A DNA stretch of 64,000 nucleotides, taken from NCBI GenBank assembly GCA_024704765.1, contig JAKMXF010000345.1, positions 62,001-126,000 on the forward strand, written 5' to 3'. This document shows positions 12,601-22,956 of the stretch, piece after piece. Position 1 is the first letter of the stretch; each line of letters opens with the position of its first letter. Position numbers and translations under genes: made by a program. Below the pieces are notes generated by a model, which did not search any database, was not told the DNA's origin, and worked only from the letters and a program-made list of their open reading frames with translations. The DNA is from Oopsacas minuta (Eukaryota > Animalia > Porifera).

Positions 12601-14946
12601 GTTACGTAAAGTTGAACGACACCTCGAAATTTAACCATGGAATACTCAGATTTAATGAATTTAAATAACTTCCCTTTCAATAGAGTTATACACGTACATA
12701 CATATTTTAGGTATTTCAAAACTCTCATCATCTCTAACACGTAAACTCCAGATGACATCACGTACACACACAGACAGACACTCAATAACAGAGGAAGATA
12801 CTACTACTACTTCAGCTTCTGGATATGATAGTGCTCGTAGTTCTCTATCACATACAGATTCTTCTTATAATGATAGGGATACATTCTATTCTGTTACGAG
12901 TGATTCTGAGAGCGAACCTATTCAAATGTAAGCACAGTCAACTCTCATTGGATTGAAGCTTAAGCGACCGCGATAGTTATTTAGAAATCAATATAATCAA
13001 TGAGATTATGTTACTTTGACGGTTTGGGGACAATATTTGTACAATTTCAAACTTCGATATAACTGAAGTTTAGTGTACATGATCGCATGAAAATTCGATT
13101 TTCTAATTGGCGAACTTCACTGTAGATCGATAATCTTTCGATAATATAAATGTTTAAGTTACAAATTTGCAGCAGATGGCGTAGTCCTGTCCATACCTAG
13201 AACCGGTCACTGCAGGGGCTGTCCAAGGATCTGGCATACCGGGTGCAGCCGCAGCCTGTACACACACATCTTACCCTGGGGTAAATGCCCCGTTTGCCCT
13301 CTCCCACTGGGTCTGACGGGCTGCATCTAGAAATAAAGAAACTTAACTAACTCTATCTTTGCTTTAGGTCAGAATCACCAGACATTGTAACCTTCAACAA
13401 CGAACACTACAGTGTATTTCTAAACTCAAATGTCACCATAGAACAAGCAAATGATAATGAAGCTAAGCCAACTCTCAATGCTACGACACCAATTAACCCT
13501 CCTTTAAATAAGCAAAGAGATTCATTGAATAATGGAATTTCTTTCCAAAATTATTTCACACAATATAGCGAGCAGGTTCTGTTAAAATATGGTAGTCGTG
13601 AAGAATTAAATGCAGATATGCCACCAGATGGAAGAGAAGAAAATCCAGTAATAGATGATTTAAAAACGTTCGGAAATACGAAATTAAGTCCGCATAGTAA
13701 AGCTGATAGTATCCCCACGAATCTTCACACCTTGGAGAACGATTGTGAAGGCTCACCAACGAAAAATGACCAATCAAATACCTCATTCGACAAATTAACA
13801 TCACGTGTGTATACACCATTGAAACGCTCATCAAGTGATCAGTCAAAGAAAATGTTCAAAACACAAATGGCAAAGGAAAAAACATCTACACCGATTGAAA
13901 CCATGGATAATAACGATGATGAACAAAGTTCGCCGAGCCCAGACGAAGTCCATGAAGAATGGGTCCCTAGGAAACGATCGAATTCAGTTCATAAAATAAT
14001 CGAGCGTTTTAATTCATGTACTTCTGATAAAAACAACGGAAAATCACCCAAAAAAATCGGTAATATAAAACGTCATAGTCTACTGGTTACAACTGAATCA
14101 GCTGGATTTGAAGATGAACGTGAGGATAAATATAAAACTCTGACTCCTTCTAACGGCAAAAAGTCACATAATACACTATTACGTACTTTATCATTCGATA
14201 GGGATTCCGTAAATTTATCTGATTATATTCTAAATGAAATTCCTAGTCCGGAACGACCTGGTTCTACTGACACTCTCAAAAATACATTTCTCTGCGAAAT
14301 ACAATCGCCAACACACGAAGAGACACCTATCATTGAAAACACTGTTATGCCAAATGAAATCAAACCAGTCAATGAAACACATACTTTGAAAATTATTACA
14401 AGTACAAAAACGCGAACAATTTCACCAGAACCTTATAAACTGCCGATTAAAATCACAACCAAAAAAGTTACATCTATCCCATTGCCTCCGGCGAAAAAAC
14501 CAAAGCCAAAAGTTAACGTTAAAAACTATGCTTCTAATTCTATAATGGGAAATTTTGAGATGTCGAATTTCAATCAAATTTTCGATGAAACTACAAGGGC
14601 GACTAAGAAAAAATCCTGTCCGCCTCCGATCCGACCGAAAAACAAGACTTTAACCGACGAATTTAAGGTACCGGTGATAATCAAACCCCTCAAAGATATG
14701 ACTGTTACCCAAGGCCGCTTAGCGGATATATCATTCGAGATCGAAAGTGAGATAGAAAATTTGCAAGTCGATTGGTATAAAGATTCTCTTGCCATCTCTT
14801 CCAGACGTTATCATACTTGTGTAAACGTGAAAACCTACTCGCTTAAAATATGGGATTTTGGGGAATTCGATCAGGCAACCTATGAAGCTGTTGTTCATAG
14901 CCGCGGGGGGCAAGCTATCACAAAATGTGAAATTTCATTAACTTAG
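644..14946 (+). CDS. Trio/Kalirin/Dbl-family RhoGEF (DH-PH-SH3-low complexity-I-set Ig); 5' part probably lies outside the window
   Basis: Hand-spliced GT-AG exons 644-948, 1236-1590, 2986-3587, 11886-12210, 12711-12927, 13368-14946 keep one frame (1127 codons from 646 incl. stop). DH motifs ILRELYDTEIEYV, IFGNIQDILHFH, YLIRPVQRITRYELML; PH ending EIKEKWISQIRELV; SH3 YVVVEDFN..ALRKGQIYE|VQYKELSHWYIV..EGFAYSQFL; C-terminal I-set PVIIKPLKDMTV..VDWYKD..YSLKI..DQATYEAVV. Exact paralogue not assignable by eye. Confidence 0.85.
3787..3814. repeat. Short tandem (accgaat)x3 plus degenerate units
   Basis: accgaat accgaat accgaat actgata; inverted attcggt at about 3773-3779; probably a TE subterminal remnant. 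Confidence 0.6.
4842..4875. mobile_element. 34-bp minimal hAT derivative (two TIRs only)
   Basis: cagcagttcccat-cctccaat-ttgggaacagctg; TIRs 11/13; flanks agcttagt / agctaagt (7/8). Confidence 0.6.
5019..5530 (-). repeat. Left arm of 512-bp inverted duplication (bZIP A coding + 3' flank)
   Basis: Reverse complement of 8356-8867; two mismatches seen by eye. Confidence 0.95.
5094..5609 (-). CDS. Small CNC/Maf-type bZIP transcription factor, copy A (171 aa, single exon, nested antisense in RhoGEF intron 3588-11885)
   Basis: ORF with ISLQELNQILKNGPFTLEEKNHIKRIRHQGRNNKAAQRLR followed by a heptad zipper; aligns by eye to the CNC/Maf extended-homology plus basic region of Nrf2 ([40 protein letters not shown]); N-x7-R spacing kept. 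Confidence 0.85.
   Translation of the reverse strand: MSFSPCSFSNSLSTDIVNDRGDEFQCEFRDLEMNFTNTLSPKDREKGEKCISAKKFLQPQWHIEIDETPFLDLLDSEKIAFDISLQELNQILKNGPFTLEEKNHIKRIRHQGRNNKAAQRLRSKNRQQNEVMKRSINVLKQEKDFLIQEKEYLMEQLDNYQQYFSHQNQFN
8310..8792 (+). CDS. Small CNC/Maf-type bZIP transcription factor, copy B (160 aa from ATG 8310)
   Basis: Identical protein to copy A from FRDLEM onward except H/Q near the C-terminus; both copies start MSFSP, so ATG 8310 is preferred over the TTG at 8289. Confidence 0.85.
   Translation: MSFSPNDMRTSDFQRKFRDLEMNFTNTLSPKDREKGEKCISAKKFLQPQWHIEIDETPFLDLLDSEKIAFDISLQELNQILKNGPFTLEEKNHIKRIRHQGRNNKAAQRLRSKNRQQNEVMKRSINVLKQEKDFLIQEKEYLMEQLDNYQQYFSQQNQFN
8356..8867 (+). repeat. 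Right arm of 512-bp inverted duplication (bZIP B coding + 3' flank)
   Basis: Reverse complement of 5019-5530; spacer 5531-8355 is 2825 bp. Confidence 0.95.
9744..11270 (+). pseudogene. Putative decayed Sec14/CRAL-TRIO + spectrin-repeat coding fragments (Dbs/Trio N-terminus-like)
   Basis: Broken frames: 9744-9902 LWIIHENASNVSLINKPSQW..GPFVVLTEEIIEYRPT*QLQ*; 10515-10653 GIDLALRRLNN/IFSIV..YNDLFNKLEQVWLELWEKM*; 11162-11270 VQIYDQWNAIVQW/FEEKYLFDFY. By-eye similarity to MCF2L/Trio N-terminal motifs; stops and frameshifts present; no search run. Confidence 0.4.
10724..10898. mobile_element. MITE family C (TA-flanked; aacctccacaaacgg / ccgtttgtggaggtt termini)
   Basis: Shared core catacaaatgaacctccacaaac and terminal gtttgtggaggt(t)acactg|TA. 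Other copies (approximate): 22295-22431, 26300-26450, 43581-43890, 44860-44960, 47139-47290, 50413-50572, 61003-61078, 63865-64000 (cut by window end). Confidence 0.8.
11528..11679. mobile_element. MITE family B (TA-flanked, cagtg(g/a)aacctcgttaatacgaa TIR)
   Basis: TA|cagtgaaacctcgttaatacgaa ... cgtattaacgaggttctactg|TA. Other copies: 7788-7874, 25259-25428, 29913-30079 (nested), 31693-31846, 43894-43970. Confidence 0.85.
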
Positions 14947-16413
14947 AACCCTAAAATTTGTATATATTGTGTAATATGTATATGTGTATATTGCGCTTTT
15001 AATACAATTCCCTGTAATAGTGAATTTATGAGTATTTAATATTTGAAGTTTTGTTTTTATCCATAATCAATTGAATCTTATTAATAATGATTGGATTTTA
15101 TTTGCAGTTTCTTTGAGATTTAAAATTGGTTCTGGAAAATCTGAAGCGAGTATATGCCTTGTAATTTTTCCAGAATAAGCAAGGTGCGTTTTGCCTCATG
15201 AAAAACCGGGGCTGTCAATTACGACCTCTTTTGTTACCCTCGACACATAAGTACAGGGACAGATTGGGCCGCCAGAATGCGGCGAATGTCCGGTGGGCTA
15301 GTGTGGAACCTCACTGGGAAGGTTTCGGAATATTTGCCAGGGCGTTTTCTCTTCCCACCAATTCGCCCCTGTACAAGTATACAAATCTTGAAAGCTATCA
15401 TGATAGTAGTACATCTTCTTTGCCCCGTGTTTACTCCAGGGCGGCGCTATCGTGTGTGTCCTGGGTCTTCGGACACCCACTGCCACGAACGGCTTTTGCA
15501 TTTCCCTCTATGGCAAGAGTTAGACATCCACTTGCTCAAATGGACGGCGTGCTGGTTATGTTAATTTGAGGGTAGGTAATTCTTAATTCATAGAGTTAAC
15601 AAAATTGCTGGACTTTAGTGCAGGTGTGTACCTTGACAACAATAAGTTATGCAATATACATTTTCATGCATAATAATCAAAACTATTGTCTTCTAGAGTA
15701 ATATTTATTACAATAGTTTGTTCATTTTTGGCTGCGCTAATATTTGCAAACCTTTTTCTAATGATTAATTCATCTTACTAATAATACACTATACTAATTG
15801 AAATACTATACGTTTGATTTGATGCCTAGTTTGTAAAACTTCTATAGTTTATGCATATCTATGTATGTAAGATTTTCACGAATTCACGTATATTTACAAT
15901 GCATACATAAAAGGATGAGAATTATAGGCAATATCTATTGAGATATACTATTTAATGGCGATGCAGTTATCGGGGATAAACTACCACTCGGCACAGTACA
16001 ACCAAGTTATATGTATGGGACGCATGCATTTGTGTGAAATTTTGGAGTATTTACTTGTCTGACTTTATAGTATGCATCTGTCCGACTAAAGTAAGGCCTG
16101 AATGAAGGAAACAGGAAGAAACTAGTAGCAGGTCAAAGCCTTGGGGTCAGTATAAAGTGAGAATGAAAGCCAGAAACTGTACGACGAGAATATTAACAAA
16201 TGACCGTAAATCCTATCCTGTGATTTGTAGTGATGATGATCTCCTTAATCAGGGCCATATTTACAAAATTTGCAGTCCATCTAGTTAAATGCGGCACTAG
16301 AAACGATCAAATCGCCGCTAATTTTGAATATAAATCACGGAAGTCAATTCCCCCAGGAAAAATGCAGCTCTCCCATATGTATTCTCAGAAATTATTTAAC
16401 TTACTCTCTAAAG

Positions 16414-16576
16414 TAGCGGTTCCCAACCTGTTTCACGCGTGGACCACCTATCTACAAATTTTAACACATTCTGTAGACCCACTCTCATAGACTGCGATAC
16501 AAATTTGAGATCCTGTGGACCCCCTGGTGTCGTCCGTGGGCAACCAAGGGTCCCATGTGCCTGTTGGGAACTGCTA
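16414..16576. mobile_element. hAT (Charlie-like) MITE, 163 bp
   Basis: TIR tagcggttcccaac / gttgggaactgcta (13/14) flanked by 8-bp TSD ctctaaag / gtctaaag (7/8). Related ends near 4589, 9320, 27248-27386, 32695-32815, 48251, 51572. Confidence 0.8.
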
Positions 16577-16658
16577 GTCTAAAGATATTTATGTTAAGGG
16601 ATTTGAATTGGATAGCAGCTACATGTTAGCTCCCGTCACCTCAATCAGTATCAATTCA

Positions 16659-17050
16659 TCATCTGTTACACATGCACATTCTTGCGCAAGTAAGTTCAGA
16701 TTGTATTACTTGTTTGTATACTATTATAGATTTCTTGGGTGGTCTACTGTTATGATAATCATATTTGGGATTTCTATAGGACTTGATGTTGATGATACTG
16801 TGGGATGTTGGCCTGTGGTTCCCTTTAATGTATACTCTTTCAGAAAGTTGGGGGGGGCTTAAGCCCTTGTCTATGACCATGCTAGGGTAAGGGTGTGCTT
16901 GGCCTCGGAGCTTCCATATTTTATTTCAATTTTCCAGAAAGTTCATGATTTTCTTGATGTGGGTGCTATCCTCTGGACAACAGTTCTCAAATACAATATA
17001 CCGGCTATAAGAACCTATTTTCTTCTTAGAAGCGATAGCCACTGTATATG
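16659..17050 (-). mobile_element. Possible degenerate Penelope-like retroelement fragment (RT C-terminus to GIY-YIG linker)
   Basis: Minus frame ENCCPEDSTHIKKIMNFLEN*..HPYPSMVIDKGLS..ERVYIKG..KKSIIVYK resembles the PLE pattern xGYPxxxIDKxI..VYLKLPY..SxVIYK; in-frame stop; by-eye only. Confidence 0.3.
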
Positions 17051-18516
17051 CCATATTAGCATGAATCTGTCAAGCTAAACTGGATACAGCCTCATTTATC
17101 ACTTTTGGACGTTATAAAACACTCATATTCGTTCGATAAAGCAAGAAATTTTACCATTGCACAATGCCGAATCGTGCAATGGTCATAATTGTAAAATCGT
17201 GCACACTACTATATCTGAATACAATTGCCACTACTGTAAATATCTAACACGGATATATCTAAATTCCCGCTCACATCGAAGTCTCCTATCCTAAAAATAT
17301 TGTCCCAAACCGTGAAAGTAACATGTGTTTTTCATCGGTTATATGATTTATATCGAAGCATTTATCGCGGTAGTTGACTGTATTTTTATGCAAACCTCCC
17401 TGGACAGATCGAAGGACGAAATTCCTTTTATTGGAAATTCAGCACGATACTTCGAAATTCTATATTTCTGAACTCTCTTAATTGTAATTCATAAGCATGA
17501 ATGCCTTGAATTCCATAACAGATTCATGCTCAATCTAATCAACCTGAACTTAACAATTTTGTAGACTTCCTTAGAGCCGTGTGGTAGAGTTATAGGCTTA
17601 TATTTCTTTGTGTATAAAGGTTAGTTGTTCTAGGTAGAATCCTTTTCTGTGTCTGAATTCAATAGATAATTTCTGGATATTTGAGTAATTGAACTCGTTG
17701 GTAAGTTACGTAATGTATATTTCTTGATAGATTTTGCTAGGATAATTATCATGACAACTGAATGTGGTCATTGTAATGCAAATTCTCTTTGGAGCTTATT
17801 CTACAATTTGCAAGGATTTGACTGTAAATACCTTTTTTGGATTTTTTTGTCTTCATTCCTTATGTAAAGAAATTGACGAAAAACTCGATTTCAACTGTAG
17901 TTCGTATAATGGGAGTTTTCACAAATAATTGTGATGGAATTTTCAAAATATAGAACATGCTGTCAAGAAATGAAATTTTGATGGAGAATATTTGGAGAAA
18001 TTAGCTGGGGTTTATCCATTTACTTTGACCCCATTATTAATTGCTGGCTAATAATTACGTTTTGCACATTCTTATGAATTCGAAATATATGAAATCTGTG
18101 GGAATTTTTGAGGTTACTTAATTATGCAGAATAGCATTTGCTAATTGCCTAAAAGATTTGTAGAAATATTATACTATCAGTGAAGACAGTATTTCTCTAG
18201 ATTCGCTTTGAAAATTCTACCTGCATCTCTGAAAATAGCGGAAATACAGGGGACGGAATGTCTGACTTCCATGTACTTCTTTTGGTCATTTTTAAGGCAA
18301 AATCGAGCCTTTTTTAATGAATTCTTCAAATTATTTCTGCTCATACCGATATACGTATGGTGGATTGAAATGTGTTTCTAAATAGCACTCGTAATTGTAT
18401 TATCAATGCTTCTAATATATGATGATTCTGAATTTCACCAGATAAGGATGCACGGTTATGTATGCGTCAGATTTCTAGAGAATGTGTTCAGGATTTATGT
18501 ACGAAAACGTATACAT

Positions 18517-18640
18517 TAAACTCCCGTTATGCTGAAGTGATTCTTTACCCCATATAGCGTGAAAGTAATTTATTTTATTCCGCTTATAACGTAATGAAAC
18601 CCGTAGTCTCGAGCACTACGTTATAACGAGAGTTATCTGT
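18517..18640. mobile_element. MITE family E (aaactcccgttataac ... gttataacgagagttatctgta)
   Basis: Recurrent core cgcttataacgcaatgaaacc..gagcacttcgttataacgagag; other copies near 24235-24310, 37480-37547, 43058-43180, 48880-49015. Confidence 0.7.
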
Positions 18641-19086
18641 ATTTACTCGTCGAAATGTTTTGTTTGAATTTCCTACACAAATGAACACAAAAATCTATTG
18701 TTAAGAATTCATCCAAGTATATAGTGTTCTTTTGTGGAAATGTTTTCAAGTAATGTGACATATTATTATATACATTCTATGTATTATCTTCCAAACCATA
18801 TGCAATGCAATGGAAACTTTACAAACGTGTTATAGTGGATGTGATAGTCTCTCGAGTTTATAGTATTTATTAATTGTGTCACTTGCCATCCTCCCGATTT
18901 TATCGGTATATCCCTGCTTTGCTACATGTTTTGAACGTATAAGACGCGTAATATAATACAGCTACAATTATTGGCGACATAACTTCAATTAGCTTAATTT
19001 CTGTATTTATTATTTCCCATTCAAACAATGTAGTGTTTCTCGAATTGTTTGAGGACTAACAATATATTTGAGCATTTGATATAATA

Positions 19087-19249
19087 CAGTGAATGCAGGT
19101 TATAAGAACATCGTCTCGAACTGGACATAATGTTCTTATATCCGGTAAAAATTGAATGGAGTAAGATACAAAAGATTCGGTAAATCGAGTTATGGTTCTT
19201 ATAACTGGCATGTTCCTATAACCGGTGTTCTTATATCCGGCATCTACTG
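19087..19249. mobile_element. MITE family D (cagtgaatgccggttataagaac TIR)
   Basis: TA|cagtgaatgcaggttataagaac ... gttcttatatccggcatctactg. Other copies: 26936-27086, 39347-39488, 49674-49847, partial 33050-33100. Confidence 0.8.
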
Positions 19250-21751
19250 TGCCTGAGTACTATGAATTTTATACAAGGCCAATGTCCCGCCGAAATTTAT
19301 GGATTCAAAACTTGGAAACTACAGGAAATTATCATAAGAGGGTATTACCTTTCGTCCTACATATTTTTCTTTAATCACTTTGGCAAGTATTAATTTTCAG
19401 AGCCGCTAGCGTATAACTGAGATGAAGCCTATATTCGACAATTTTATTTTCGAAATATATCTATAATTACAAACCAACTTTACAAATCATCAAAAACAAA
19501 AGCCTTTAGGAATGTGTGTTATCCAATTTTGTTAAATTTCAGGATTTCTCTCGTGTAAGATCCCATTATACGGACTTGACTTGACTTTACTCACATTCCA
19601 TTTGTACCACATAGTTACCATAACATTTTGTGTATTAAAGTTCCTCTAAAAAGAGGTCCCTATTAAGCCAATATAACAAGAAAATATGTCGCTGATTAAT
19701 CGAAGCCATCGACACACTCAAGAATAACAAATCATCTGTCTACTTCATCTTCTCAGTAAAAGGTGGGTATTATTGGTACATTTATTGTTGTTATGAAGGC
19801 CGTAGGAAGCCTATGGTGAATCCTCCACAAACGGGTAGCATTTTCGGCGTCCCTGTGACCCTGTTTGTGGCGGTCACACTGTAGCATCATTAATGTGAAA
19901 TGTACTGGAACTTTCTGTTTTATATGGTAATTAGTGTGCATATTAGCAAAATTCGCCTATTAGCAAGGAAACTCTTGTACAGTACGATTTGCTATTAGGC
20001 GGTTTCCACTGTAATTAAGTCAATCCGCGCGGCCGTGCGAAATCTAGCAGCCCCAAAATTTGTACTATCCATTGCCCATAGCACTGCTAAAGCTGTTGGC
20101 GCATTTTTGTAACGAACTTCTTGATAATTTGTCTAGTAACGAATTGCATTTTCTCTGTGATTGAGGTAATTCCACAGAAGAAATAGAATACCATCACCCA
20201 TTGACAGGCAATTTCTTCATATACGTATTTGTCTACGAATTTGTCTACCTAAAATGAAATTGCATTACTTGATAGATAATTGAGAAATATGATTATTAAA
20301 TCTAAGATAAAATTAGATATTGACGTACTAGGATTTCTATTTTTAGTTGGAAGTTTTTGTATATAAAATGTCCTCTCTGGATTGAAATTGCTTTACTTTT
20401 TCAAAATTTTAATATGTTATCCATGGTATTTCATCACATTTCTTCCTCTAAAACATTACCCTCTCTGTGTTACTTTTCTGACCGTTTTGTCTTGCAAAAG
20501 AATTGTGATGTCAGCATGTCACTTTTTGATAGCACCCCTTCCCGTTTGAACGGATCCCAGCGAAAACTCCCATTGCATCAATTCAAATTCAACTCAACTA
20601 ACTGACATATAACATTTGGATGATTTGTATATTTTTACGCTAAAAATACAAGTCAAATACAGTCTCTTATATACTACACCAGAAACTGTTGTAAATCTGT
20701 AATACGTATATACTCTATAGCTCTATCCGAAGTGTTACTCATTGAAATGTATTGGAAGGAGCCCTAGCCCGAGCCGCGTTCGGGCTCGGGCCTGGGTTCG
20801 TGCTTCTGATTGTCTGGCCGAGCCGGGCTGGGCCTGTGTTCACCGGACCGGCCAGGCTTCGGGCGAATACATGACCAGTAAATTTCAACATAATTCTAAT
20901 TCCTTTATACAATTTTAAACAAATATAAATGCTTACTTCTCATATCTGGGTTGGAATTGGTGGATATCAAAGTTGATTACAGACATATAGATTGCTAATT
21001 GTAAGCACTGGAAAGTCACAACTCTCGAAATTCCGAAAGAGCGTCAATCTTTATTCAATTCAAGTTGACATTATATTGAATTGAAGTGAATTTGCATGGC
21101 TCCCTCAATTCTCCCTAAAAATAGAAAAAATGTCAATTTCGATGAGGCCATGCTTCATTTATTTTTAGTGACCATAGATGTATATTTATGGTTGCTATGA
21201 AACGGCTAAATGAGCACTTTGTGAGTTACAAGTAAATATTCATTAAATTCGTCAAATTTCTGAATATCGGAGCTACTTATTCTTTTCGTAGGCATTTTTT
21301 CTTCCTAATATTTTGCCTATTTTCGAAAATACAAAAGATTTTGGGAACCAATTATCCTAATTTGTAGCATGGTTACTCGTGATGTAAATTTCAACAAAAA
21401 TATCCTTCTAGAGGAGGTGGTGATAATTTGAATTTCCAAGTTTTGGAGCTATTTTATAGCCCCCGGCGGTTATTCGCAGATTTACGCTATATTACATAAC
21501 ATATTAGCGAATATTTTACAAGGAATCTCAACACGAAAACAGTAGAACTCGGTTTCTACGTTCCTGGTGATAACCTGTACTCCTCGTCAATTCGTATTAA
21601 CTTTTCTGAACCAAATTTCTTTGCATATTCATTTCCCTGACAGTTTTACCGGGTTTACTGTATACTATTGAGAGATAATTATTTCTCAATTGTTGTACCT
21701 AGTTTCTCAATACTATATCTACCAATTATTGATGATTAAGATTTGCTAGTA

Positions 21752-21977
21752 CAGTCAAACCTGCTTAACCTGTACATAGCGGCCACCTAATAACACTCCC
21801 CTCCAATTTCCCATTATAATGACCTCTGTATGCCCATAAGGTCTACCTTTGCCCTATCCCTTAGGTCATCATTAACTACTTCCACTATATTATCTTAAAC
21901 ATCGGTTAAAGGCCAACCTCTCTATAGCAACCACTTTTGACTAGTCCCTTCGGTGGCTTTATATACATGTTTGACTG
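21752..21977. mobile_element. TA-flanked MITE (cagtcaaacctg ... catgtttgactg)
   Basis: TA at 21750-21751 and 21978-21979; terminal inverted repeat cagtcaaac. Confidence 0.75.
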
Positions 21978-22956
21978 TATTTTTAAGAATCGCTGTCCTA
22001 TAACAATAGCCAAAGCAACTGAATAAGCAAACAAACAAACAAGAAAATATATCAGCCTCAGCCTCACATATTTCCATTTATCCATTCAATCTTCTATCGT
22101 GACAAGAATAAACATTTTGTATATAGGAATGCAAAAAGCCGCGCGTTTTTTTACATACACAAATATTCTTATATGCATACACCAGGTTATATATTTTGTG
22201 GAGATAGAATCCTTTTGAATTGTTTTTTCGCTCTTCGTAATTTTTTTCGTAGTATTTCATAGATTTTCACTGAGTTTGTTGCCATAATATTTGGAAGTTT
22301 AACCTCCACAAACCGGGTATTAGGGACGCCGAAAAATGATACCCTGTTCCCCGTTTGTGGAGGTTCATTTGTGTGGGGATAGGAATTCGCTCTATTTAAT
22401 TCAATAGGTTCTCGTTTCACAAGTTTCACTGTAGAGTCAACTATCGTTATATCGAACATGGATATATTGAAATACCCGCTTACATCAAAGTCTTAAATTG
22501 TACAAATATGGTCTTAAACCGTCAGAGTAAGATAAATCATATCGGTTATATCGAAGTAATTATCACGCGGGAGTTGACTGTATTATGTATTCGTTTCTAT
22601 TTTGGATCCATTTCCCTGAGTTCTCTCTGTAACGAATAATTTATCTCAAAAAATATCTTTATAATAGAATTTCCGTTCATTTTCTCATACGCGCTTATAC
22701 GATTTTGCCTGTGGTAGCTGTGGTAGCTGTAATCCTAATGATTCTCAAACTGTCTCCATATGTTGGGCTAGTTTAAAACCCAATTCAATAGAAGTTATAA
22801 CGCAATTTGATCTTTAAAATGCTGATAATTAAATTTAGTTTTACTAGTATATGTATAGGCTTTTAATAAACTGATTCAGGTCTTTATGTTCTATCTTTTC
22901 AGGTATTAATAAATCTCTGAAATTTCAATTTTCAACACAATAACAAACTTGGAAAA

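Noticed and set aside
15310-15335. gggaaggtttcgga as RNase P CR-I, and minus-strand acacggggc as RNase MRP CR-V
   Set aside because: The complementary P4 strand is not present in the required order on either strand.
15198-15569. 123-aa and 95-aa ORFs in the GC-rich island as protein-coding genes
   Set aside because: No recognisable domain or splice context; open frames are expected at higher GC.
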